This document shows, piece by piece, positions 16,530 to 26,721 of a stretch of DNA of 64,000 nucleotides. This stretch comes from Eledone cirrhosa (Eukaryota), in the NCBI GenBank assembly GCA_964016885.1, contig OZ024747.1, forward strand, positions 26,970,001 to 27,034,000, in the 5' to 3' direction. The notes under the pieces were generated by a model, which saw nothing but the letters and a program-made list of their open reading frames with translations, was not told the origin of the DNA and ran no database searches. The number at the start of each line of letters is the position of its first letter. The stretch's first letter is position 1. The position numbers and the translations under genes are program-made.

Positions 16530-17774
16530 TAGCTAGCTAGCTGTCTGTCCATCTGTCTGTGTGTTTGCCTGTTCTCTATGTCTCTCTATCTATCTGTATC
16601 TCTCTCTCTCTCTCTCTCTCTATCTGTTTATCTATCTCTGATAATATTTGTTAATGTGTGCATATAGTGTACGTATGTGTGTGTATCTGCACTCATACAT
16701 GCTTAGATTACATGCACACACACACACACACATATACGTATACATATGCATACATACAGGTATACAAGTGTGTGTCTGTGTATGCATATATATGTGTATA
16801 TATATATGTATATAAATATATATCTATGTGTTTATATATATGTAAATCTATACGTGTGTGTGTGTATGTACATCTCCTATATAGTGTAGTGATGACTAAA
16901 TACCTACTAAATCTATGTGTGTGTGTGTTTGTATGTGGATGTGTATATGTGTGTATACAGGACTAACACTAATAATGTTAGTGCTGTGCCATGTAGTAGA
17001 GTGACTAGCCTTGTTGAGTGCAATAACCCCTTAACTATCATCAGGTGATCACACATTCCTTTTCAAATACAGAGAGTTATGCAAAAATATTGACCTAACC
17101 ATCAAAGGACTCCCTCTAATGTAAGGTATTCATGTTTTGTATACTGAAAGGGCATACAAGTGAAATTGTGATGATGCTTAAGAGGAACTTAATAGATGTC
17201 TTGTCTGTGCATGATGTGAAATGGAGAGGTATATCAGCCAGACTCCTCACAGGCAAACAGTTTAGATATAGGCTCTTCTGAGTAGGAAATGATAATGGTG
17301 TATGGGAAGTAGTCATTTTACTAACTGAGAAGTGGATTGACAAAGTATTTGAAGTAGTTAGAATAAATGCAGGATTATCAAGCTCAGAATAGCCATAAGG
17401 CTAAGTAGAGGAAATTTCTATGAGGACTTCTTATAATGACTTAAAGAACATGACAGCAACATCAACATCCTGGAAAGCGACTTTAATGTTGGGCAACAAC
17501 ATGATAACTACAATGGAGTGCACAATGGCTATGGATATGGCTCAAGAAATGATGAGGAATCAAGGCTCCTAGACCATTTGTAACACTAACACCAGGAAAG
17601 TAGCCAATCACTTGGTCACTTACCAGTCAGGTGAGCATGCAAACCAGATTTGTTTCACACTTGTGAGAAAGCAGGATAGACAGATGGATGTAAATGCTAA
17701 GTCTTTTACAAGAGAAAAATGCATCATCCAACACAAATTAATCATTAGTGACATCCGAATAAGTATCAAACTTA

Positions 17775-17943
17775 CCGTATTTCCCCTCATCGAAGACGTT
17801 ACTTTTTTTCCTAAAATAAGTCTAAAAAATCTACCATGCATCTTGGAGGCCAAAGGTTGTTTATTATTTTTTTTCAAATTTTTGGTTGTCAAAATTAGGG
17901 TGCGTCCTTGAGGACGAAGCGTCTTTGGCACTGGGAAATACAG
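17775..17943. mobile_element. Pogo/Tigger-like MITE inserted in the RTE
   Basis: TA-ccgtatttccc ... gggaaatacag-TA inverted ends with TA duplication. Confidence 0.75.
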
Positions 17944-18169
17944 TAATTAGAAATTCAGGATAGTCTAGAGAAGGAGGGTATGGAAACTAAAAGACTTTTT
18001 TGTTAAATACAAGTCTAAGAAGGAGAAGAGGCTAGATATGTATGGTATAGTAGACAATTGGTAGTTTCTACAGGACAAACTGTTTCAGACTACAGAAGAG
18101 ATCTATGATTGGAGCAAGGCACCAACCAGATGAAAGAGAACGTGGTGATGAAACAGTATTGTAGATAGA

Positions 18170-19017
18170 TTTACATAACACATAGGTTTACATAACACAT
18201 AGGTTTACATAGCACATAGGTTTACATAACACATAGGTTTACATAGCACATAGGTTTACATAGCACATAGGTTTACATAACACATAGGTTTACATAGCAC
18301 ATAGGTTTACATAGCACATAGGTTTACATAACACATAGGTTTACATAGCACATAGGTTTACATAGCACATAGGTTTACACAGCACATAGGTTTACATAAC
18401 ACATAGGTTTACATAGCACATAGGTTTACATAGCACATAGGTTTACATAGCACATAGGTTTACATAGCACATGGGTTTACATAGCACATAGGTTTACATA
18501 GCACATAGGTTTACATAGCACATGGGTTTACATAGCACATGGGTTTACATAGCACATAGGTTTACATAGCACATAGGTTTACATAGCACATGGGTTTACA
18601 TAGCACATAGGTTTACATAGCACATAGGTTTACATAGCACATGGGTTTACATAGCACATAGGTTTACATAGCACATAGGTTTACATAGCACATAGGTTTA
18701 CATAGCACATGGGTTTACATAGCACATAGGTTTACATAGCACATAGGTTTACATAGCACATGGGTTTACATAGCACATAGGTTTACATAGCACATAGGTT
18801 TACATAGCACATAGGTTTACATAGCACATAGGTTTACATAGCACATAGGTTTACATAACACATAGGTTTACATAGCACATAGGTTTACATAGCACATGGG
18901 TTTACATAGCACATGGGTTTACATAGCACATAGGTTTACATAGCACATGGGTTTACATAGCACATAGGTTTACACAGCACATAGGTTTACATAACACATA
19001 GGTTTACATAACACATA
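18170..19017. repeat. 17-bp minisatellite, about 50 copies
   Basis: Unit cataggtttacatagca with variants cataaca and catggg. Confidence 0.97.
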
Positions 19018-19458
19018 GAGAAGCAAAAAAAACAAAAGGTTTGCTAATGTGCTGCAATGTGAGGATCAATGGTGTGAGGTGTTCTTCATTGTAAAGCAAT
19101 GTGTCAGGTTGAATCTAGATGTTACTGGAGAAAAGTCTGTTCAGAATGACACTAACACACTTAGCCTCACTGACACTCAGAAGAAAGAGATGTGGAAATG
19201 CTACAATATGAGGTCGATGAATGTCGAGAATGAATATAAGGTCAAAGAAGTAATCAGGAAGATGAAAAATGGTAAAGCTGGTGGACTGTCAGAGATAGTC
19301 ACAAATGATGATGAGGATATGTGTGTGTATGTCCTATGTAGTGTAGAGATGACTATATACCTGCTAAATCTAGCTGTGTATGTACGTGTGTATGTGAGTA
19401 TGTATGTGTGTATTAGAGTATATATGTGTGTATGTGAGTTTGTATGTATTTGTGTATG

Positions 19459-19514
<56 letters not shown>

Positions 19515-19552
19515 TATAACTAAAGGTATATCCCAAAGCATAACTATATAGG

Positions 19553-19591
<39 letters not shown>

Positions 19592-19675
19592 ATAGATCCT
19601 TATATATATACATATAAATATATATATATATAAATATATATTAACAAATGGAAACTATATTTATAAAGCCATATT

Positions 19676-19740
19676 TATTTCATTATACATATTTCAAGGA
19701 TACCAAGTTAAATTATGGTATGCCTTCATCAGACAAAATA
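19676..19740 (-). ncRNA. Type I minimal hammerhead ribozyme (Penelope-type)
   Basis: Minus strand: UAUUUUGU-CUGAUGA-AGGCAUACCA(loop)UGGUAUCCUU-GAAA-UAUGUA-UA^AUGAAAUA; canonical core, 10-bp stem II with one mismatch, 8-bp stem I with two wobbles. Confidence 0.7.
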
Positions 19741-19949
19741 CAAAATATACCAGTTTTATAAATAAACATTAACGTACTCTTTCAAAATGCGACCATTACT
19801 TTTGGAAGACATCAGGATATATATATATATATAAATATATATATATACACCTATATATATATATAAATATATATATATACACCTATATATATATATATAT
19901 ACATATAAATATATATATATATATACATATAAATATATATATATATATA

Positions 19950-20283
19950 GTACCTGACCTCCCATGGGTACAAGCTGAAGCATATAGACAATATGCCCCC
20001 ACACCCCCCACTGCAAGGTGGTCGTGGAGGTGCCACAGCAAAAAAGCACCCAGCACACACTGTAAAGTGGACATGTAGGTGCCACGAAAAAGCACCCAGC
20101 ACTCACTGTAAATGAGGTTGGTGTTAGGAAGAGCATCCAGCTGTAGAAATCAAGCCAAATCAGTTCCTGTATGAGCAAGGCATGGTCAGCCGACCAGACA
20201 CTGCCCACAACAGGACAACCCGTCTAACCCATGCTAGCGTGGAAGAACGGATGTAAAACGGTGATGATGATGATGATGATGAT
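19950..20283 (+). mobile_element. RTE 3' end, young copy
   Basis: Closely matches the reverse complement of 21132-21465; (gat)n tail. Confidence 0.9.
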
Positions 20284-20291
20284 ATATATAT

Positions 20292-20465
20292 ATCATCATC
20301 ATCATCATCATTTCATTTTACGTCCACTTTTCCCTGCTTGCAAGGGTGGGACGGGAACTGATGCTGGCTTGATTTCTACAGCTGGATGCCCTTCCTAACA
20401 CCAACCTCATTTACAGTGAGTGCTGGGTGCTTTTTCGCCGTGGCACCTCCACGACCACTTTGCAG
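20292..20465 (-). mobile_element. RTE 3'UTR fragment, tail-to-tail with the preceding copy
   Basis: (cat)n, tttctacagctggatgcccttcctaacaccaacctcatttacagtgagtgctggg. Confidence 0.8.
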
Positions 20466-20499
20466 TGGAATGATAGGGACCCCAGTCCCTATCATCTCA

Positions 20500-20630
20500 T
20501 TTCTACAGCTGAGTAAATTGGAGCAATGTGAAATAAAGTGTCTTGCTCAAGGAAACAACACATCACCCGGTCTGAAATTGAACTCACAACCTTTCGATTG
20601 CAAGGCCGATGCTCTAACCACTAAGCCATG
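20500..20630 (-). mobile_element. tRNA-derived SINE head (second SINE family)
   Basis: Minus strand A-box tggcttagtgg, B-box-like gagttcaatttc, then tccttgagcaagacactttat (CORE/V-domain-like). Confidence 0.7.
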
Positions 20631-21131
20631 TACCTCTATTATATATATATCTTTGCGTGCAATTGTTCTCCACGCTCCACCTATGACGTATTATCTTCGT
20701 TTTTTTCGTTCATTGCCAGAGAACGTCTCTATGAACCACCTAAGAGAACATTAGTCTACGACCTCTTTTATACCATAAACGTGGTTCTGTCTTTGCGTGT
20801 AATTGTTTTTCACCGCTCCTATTAATGACGTATTATATTCGTTTTTTCCCGTTCTTTGCCAGGGAACGTTTCCACAAACCAAAGTATCGTCTTCCTGTCT
20901 TCCTCCGGTTGCAACGTTTTTTGAAATATCCACTTCTGCGTTTACAGATTGACTTTGTTAGTTTCAGAAGATCCCGTTAAGGGTGAAAGCAGCGATTCTT
21001 TGCTTAAACTTTAATCTGTTATTTTAATAAATATTTGCTCTACGGTTCTTATATATTTGATATATATTTATCCTTATCGACCCCTCTTTGGATTTTAGTC
21101 TTCAAATTTATTATTATTACTATATATATAT

Positions 21132-23390
21132 ATCATCATCATCATCATCATCACCGTTTTACGTCCGTTCTTCCACGCTAGCATGGGTTAGACGGGTTGT
21201 CCTGTTGTGGGCAGTGTCTGGTCGGCTGACCATGCCTTGCTCATACAGGAACTGATTTGGCTTGATTTCTACAGCTGGATGTCCTTCCTAACACCAACCT
21301 CATTTACAGTGAGTGCTGGGTGCTTTTTCGTGACGCCTACACATCCACTTTACAGTGTGGGCTGGGTGCTTTTTTTTCCATGGCACCTCCACGACCACCT
21401 TGCGGTGGGGGGTGTGGGGGCATATTGTCTATATACTTCAGCTTGTACCCATGGGAGGTCGGGTACTCTGTATTACTGCGTGACGCCAGAAGTCACGGTC
21501 GTGTGTCATTGTCTTTGAGAGGTGCAATTGGGTAAGGTCGGCTTTTATCACCTCATCCCAGGTCATCTTGGGTCTCCCCACTCCGCGGTTTCCATCAACT
21601 TCTAGTGCTCTGCACCTTTTTATGCAGCTGTCATCCTTCATACGCATCACATGTCCATACCAGCGCAACCGCCTCTCCTGCACACAGCATTTGATTCCTC
21701 TTATGCTCAGTCTCTCTCTCAATTCATTTATGCTTTGTCGTTCATGTATATTACTGTTACACATCCATCGGAGCATGCAGGCTTCGTTTCTCTCTAATCT
21801 ACGTAAGTCTTCCACCTTCAGCGCCCAGGTCTCACTACCATGCAACATCGCTGTTCGGATACACGCATCATACAGTCTGCCTTTCATTCTGAGGGAGAAG
21901 CCTTTTGCAGCTAGCAGTGGTAGTGGTTCCCTAAACTTCTTCCATCCCGTTCTTACTCTAGTTATTGTACTTTCTGAACACCCACCTCCGCTGCTAATTC
22001 GGTCACCTAGGTAGCAGAAGCTGTCTACTGTTTCTACAAGGCCCTCCCAGAGATTGGTGGTACTTGTTTCCTGTGGCTGTTTGCTGCTTGCTGTCTCAGC
22101 ACAGCTGCTGCATGTGAATCCTACATTCTTAATTAAGCTTCCTGAGATCCCGCTACATCTCTTGTGTACCCATTGTTTGCATTTGGGGCAGAGAATGGAG
22201 TTCCTACCTACACCTTTCCTACATAGTGAGCAAGGCCATTTCCCTGAGGGGATCTGGGTTCTGTTTTCTCGTCTACTTACAAGGACCTTAGTCTTTGTCA
22301 TGTTGACTTTGAGACCCTTTCTTTCTAGTCCCTGCTTCCAAGTTTGGAATTTATTCTCTAGTTCTACCATAGATTCAGCTATGAGTGCGAGGTCATCAGC
22401 ATACAGGAGTTCCCATGGGCATCCGGTCTTAAACTCCTCCGTTATTGCCTGCAGGACTATGATGAACAGGAGAGGGCTAAGAACAGAGCCCTGGTGGACC
22501 CCAACCTGTACGCTAAATTCCTCGCTATACTCATTGCTAATCCTAACTTTGTTGACTGCTCCCCTATACATGGCTTGTACCGCTTTCACAAGCCATTCAT
22601 CTACTCCTAGTTTTCTAAGAGCCCACCAGATTACCGCACGTGGAACTCTGTCAAAGGCTTTCTCAAGGTCGACAAATGCCAAGTAGAGTGGCTTACTTTT
22701 AGCTAGGTACTTTTCCTGTAATTGCCTCACAAGGAAGAGGGCATCAGTGGTGCCTCTTCCTGGTACAAACCCAAATTGCATCTCGTCTATTTTCACCCGG
22801 GCTATAACTTTCTGTTACTTTCATGACCTGGTCCATCAATAGTTTTCTCTATCTAGTGCATCGCCTTTACCTTTGTAGCAGTTGACAATGATGCTACTGC
22901 ACCAATCTTTTGGTATGGCACCTTCTAGTATTACCTGGTTAACGATACGTGTGGTTATAGTGTGACCTACAGACCCAGATGCCTTCAGCATCTCGGCAGC
23001 TATACCCGATGGACCGGTTGCCTTCCCCATCTTCATATCTTTGATTGCCTTACTTACTACGCTGTTGCTGACTTGTCCTGCTGGTCCCTCTATAGGGTCT
23101 ACTTGGGGTAGGGTCTCTTCTTCCCATGCATTCTCCTCATTTAGTAATCTATCATAATGACTCTTCCATGCATCTTTCTTCTCAGCACTTGTGAGGGCAA
23201 GCTCACCTTTATCATTCCGGATACACTTCTCTCCAATGACATCACAACTATCTCTGACACACTGCCTCGCAATCTTGAATACCTCCTGTTTCTGGTCCTC
23301 ACGTTGCAAAACATGCTTGAATTTTCTATCCTCTGCTTCCCTCCTAGCTAAGTATACTTGTCGCCTAGCTTCCCTCTTGGTCTCTATGTA
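21132..23390 (-). mobile_element. 5'-truncated RTE-clade LINE with 3'UTR and (GAT)n tail
   Basis: Two ORF pieces (22836-23309 and 21438-22796) separated by a small deletion/frameshift; RTE-type sequence throughout. Confidence 0.95.
21438..22796 (-). CDS. RTE reverse transcriptase domain plus Cys-rich finger and C-terminal region (partial, non-autonomous copy)
   Basis: QFGFVPGRGTTDA, FVDLEKAFDRV, GVHQGSVLSPLLF, LLYADDLAL, FCYLGD, RRLRWYGHVMR. Confidence 0.9.
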   Translation of the reverse strand: MKIDEMQFGFVPGRGTTDALFLVRQLQEKYLAKSKPLYLAFVDLEKAFDRVPRAVIWWALRKLGVDEWLVKAVQAMYRGAVNKVRISNEYSEEFSVQVGVHQGSVLSPLLFIIVLQAITEEFKTGCPWELLYADDLALIAESMVELENKFQTWKQGLERKGLKVNMTKTKVLVSRRENRTQIPSGKWPCSLCRKGVGRNSILCPKCKQWVHKRCSGISGSLIKNVGFTCSSCAETASSKQPQETSTTNLWEGLVETVDSFCYLGDRISSGGGCSESTITRVRTGWKKFREPLPLLAAKGFSLRMKGRLYDACIRTAMLHGSETWALKVEDLRRLERNEACMLRWMCNSNIHERQSINELRERLSIRGIKCCVQERRLRWYGHVMRMKDDSCIKRCRALEVDGNRGVGRPKMTWDEVIKADLTQLHLSKTMTHDRDFWRHAVIQSTRPPMGTS

Positions 23391-23432
23391 ATGTACCTAT
23401 GTATCTATATATATATATGTATGTATATATAT

Positions 23433-23494
<62 letters not shown>

Positions 23495-23644
23495 GTATAT
23501 ATATAGATCCAAACTGTTCGGATCTAACTGTTGAAAAGGGCGGAGCTCAGCCGTCGGGGTTCTGACTCTTTTCATATTACCCACTCTACTACCCTAACTA
23601 TCGAGTACTCTGGTGCATTATGGTCCACCTGGTTTCTTACCACA

Positions 23645-23694
<50 letters not shown>

Positions 23695-23892
23695 CGTTTG
23701 TGTATGTCTTATGTAGTGTAGAGATGACTATATACCTGCTAAATCTAGCTGTGTGTATGTGTGTATATGAATATGTATGTTTATGAGTTAGTATGTATTT
23801 GTGTGTATATATATATATATATATATATTCCGCCTTTTGGGATTCTTTCTCACGTCGTGTAGACGCGTTTTTGAGACTAGTAAAATGAGGTA

Positions 23893-23982
23893 TCCTCTTG
23901 ATAAGTCGGCAGACCTCGCAAGGACTCTATGTCTTTATGATATATTGTTTTTGTTTATGCCACGAAACTACGTAGTCGAGGA
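23893..23982 (+). ncRNA. Type I minimal hammerhead ribozyme with U3-A8 core variant (Penelope-type)
   Basis: UCCUC-UUGAUAA-GU(C)GGCA...UGCCAC-GAAAC-UACGUA-GUC^GAGGA: stem I UCCUC/GAGGA, G10.1-C11.1 pair, palindromic stem III, GUC triplet. Confidence 0.7.
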
Positions 23983-24051
23983 ATTTAGGAGCAGTTTAGG
24001 TATGATACATTTTATTACTAATTGTATCTAAATGTTTCTTCTCTCTTCATA

Positions 24052-24086
<35 letters not shown>

Positions 24087-24189
24087 TGATGATGATGATG
24101 ATGATGATGTGTGTGTGCGTGTGTGAATGTGTATGTGTGTATACCCTATGTAGTGTAGTGATGACTAAATTTCTTCTAAATTTATATGT

Positions 24190-24740
24190 ATGTGTGTATA
24201 TATATATACTTATATTATATATATGTGTGTGTATGTGTGTATATATATATACTTATATTATATATATGTGTGTGTATGTGTGTATATATATATACTTATA
24301 TTATATATATGTGTGTGTATGTGTATACTTATATTATATATATGTATGTGTGTATGTGTATACTTATATTATATATATGTGTGTGTATGTGTATACTTAT
24401 ATTATATATATGTATGTGTGTATGAGTATACTTATATTATATATATGTGTGTGTATGTGTATACTTATATTATATATATGTATGTGTGTATGTGTATACT
24501 TATATTATATATATGTGTGTGTATGTGTATACTTATATTATATATATGTATGTGTGTATGAGTATACTTATATTATATATATGTGTGTGTATGTGTATAC
24601 TTATATTATATATATATGTATGTGTGTATGTGTATACTTATATTATATATATGTGTGTGTATGTGTATACTTATATTATATATATGTATGTGTGTATATA
24701 TATATACTTATATTATATATATGTGTGTGTATGTGTATTT
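24190..24740. repeat. ~33-35-bp AT-rich minisatellite
   Basis: Unit acttatattatatatatgtgtgtgtatgtgtat. Confidence 0.9.
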
Positions 24741-24849
24741 TCTATGTAGTGAAGTGATGAATAAATAGCTGCTAAATTGATAGAAATCTAGGCTGGGACT
24801 TCCACTGATTAATAAACCAATCAGTAGTTTCTCTATAATGACAATGTTA

Positions 24850-25790
24850 TTGTTGTTGGTGGTGGCGGCGGCGGTGGTGGTGGTGTGGTGGTGGTGGCGG
24901 CGGTGGTGGTGGCGGCGGTGGTGGTGGTGGTGGTGGTGGCGGTGGTGGTGGTGGCGGCGGTGGTGGTGGTGTGGTGGTGGTGGCGGCGGCGGTGGTGGTG
25001 GTGTGGTGGTGGCGGTGGTGGTGGTGTGGTGGTGGTGGCGGCGGCGGTGGTGGTTGTTTGTGGTGGTGGCGGTGGTGGTGGCGGCGGCGGTGGTGGTTGT
25101 TTGTGGTGGTGGCGGTGGTGGTGGTGGCGGCGGTGGTTGTGGTGGTGGTGTGGTGGTGGCGGCGGTGGTGGTGGTGGTGGTGTGGCGGTGGTGGTAGTGT
25201 GGTGGCGGTGGCGGTGGTGGTTGTTTGTGGTGGTGGCGGTGGTGGTGGTGGCGGCGGTGGTGGTGGTGGTGGTGTGGTGGTGGTGGTTGTTTGTGGTGGT
25301 GGTGGTTGTTTGTGGTGGTGGCGGTGGTGGCGGCGGTGGTGGTGGTGGCGGTGGTGGTGGTGGCGGCGGTGGTGGTGGTGGTGGTGTGGTGGTGGTGGCG
25401 GTGGCGGTGGTGGTGGTTGTTTGTGGTGGTGGCGGTGGTGGTGGTGGCGGTGGTGGTGGTGGTGGTGGTGTGGTGGTGGTGGCGGTGGTGGTTGTTTGCG
25501 GTGGTGGCGGTGGTGGTGGTGGCGGTGGCGGTTGTTTGTGGTGGTGGCGGTGGTGGTGGTGGTGGTGGTGGTGGCGGTGGCGGTGGTGGTTGTTTGTGGT
25601 GGTGGCGGTGGCGGTGGTGGTTGTTTGTGGTGGTGGCGGTGGTGGTTGTTTGTGGTGGTGGCGGTGGTGGTTGTTTGTGGTGGTGGCGGTGGTGGCAGCA
25701 GCAACAATTGTTTGTGGTGGTTCTGGTGATGGTGGTGGTGGTAGGGGGGTTGTGGTGGTGTTGGGGGTGGTGGTGGTATTGTTGCTGCTG
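24850..25790. repeat. (GGT/GGC)n G-rich trinucleotide field
   Basis: Direct reading; recurrent ggttgtttgt interruptions. Confidence 0.95.
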
Positions 25791-25984
25791 TTGGGTTTGT
25801 ATTCATACTGGTGGAGGGGGTATTGTTGTTGTTTTTAAAGGAAGGGGGCTTGTTGTTGTTGTTGGTGGTGTTTAATTCATTTCTCAGGAGTTCTAGTAAT
25901 TCCATTGTTATCCACCCAAACAATACAAATTGAGAATAAATTCAATGCATAACAGTTTGCTGATGGTAAATAGTAGCAGGCACC

Positions 25985-26050
25985 GACATGGCTATGTGGT
26001 TCGGGACTTTGCTTCACAACCATGTGGTTTTGGGTTCAATTCTGTTGCTT
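25985..26050 (+). mobile_element. Isolated tRNA-like SINE head
   Basis: tggctatgtggtt (A-box-like) ... gggttcaattc (B-box). Confidence 0.45.
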
Positions 26051-26147
26051 GTTACTTCTGTTATAATGTCAGGCTGACCGGTGAGTGGAAGTTAGTAGAT
26101 GGAACTGGGAGAGAAACAGATGGAGACACCGAGTGATAGAGATGAAA

Positions 26148-26148
26148 C

Positions 26149-26181
<33 letters not shown>

Positions 26182-26238
26182 GGTGAGCAGGGACACAGTG
26201 AGAAAGAGAGAGAGATGGGGGAAGGGACACAGTGAGAA

Positions 26239-26271
<33 letters not shown>

Positions 26272-26720
26272 GAGGGGGTGAGCAGGGACACAGAGAGAAA
26301 GAGAGAGAGAGATGGGGAGGGACAGTGAGAAAGAGAGAGAGAGCGATGGGGGGGATGGACACAGTGAGAAAGAGAGAGAGAGAGAGGGTGAGCAGGGACA
26401 CAGTGAGAAAGAGAGAGAGAGAGAGGGTGAGCAGGGACACAGTGAGAAAGAGAGAGAGAGATGGGGGAGGGACAGTGAGAAAGAAAGAGAGAGAGATGGG
26501 GGGAGGGACACAGTGAGAAAGAGAGAGAGAGAGAGAGAGGGTGGGCAGGGACACAGTGAGAAAGAGAGAGAGATGGAGGAGGGACAGTGAGAAAGAGAGA
26601 GAGAGAGATGGGGGAGGGACACAGTGAGAAAGAGAGAGAAAGATAGGGGGAGTGAGAAAGAGAGAGAGAGATGGGGGGGGGTGAGAAAGAGAGAGAGAGA
26701 GAGAAGATGGAGAGAGACAC
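26148..26720. repeat. GA-rich minisatellite
   Basis: Variable unit gggacacagtgagaaagagagagaga. Confidence 0.9.
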
Positions 26721-26721
26721 A

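Larger units (their letters stand above)
17115..19310 (+). pseudogene. Decayed RTE LINE: APE endonuclease domain and linker, interrupted by a MITE and a 17-bp array
   Basis: LKGHTSEIVMMLKRNLIDVLSVHDVKWRG...EKWIDKVFEVVR, SDFN, GYGYGSRNDE; after the array LQCEDQWCEVFFIVKQCVRLNLDVTGEKSVQND aligns with the ORF at 22836-23309. Confidence 0.8.

Noticed and set aside
20955-21000. Hammerhead-like cagaaga-tccc-gttaa-gggt-gaaa
   Set aside because: Core is mutated (CAGAAGA) and no convincing stem I or III; at best a dead relic
24838-25923. Gly-, Val-, Trp- or Pro/His-rich ORFs
   Set aside because: (GGT)n repeat with frequent phase shifts and no consistent frame
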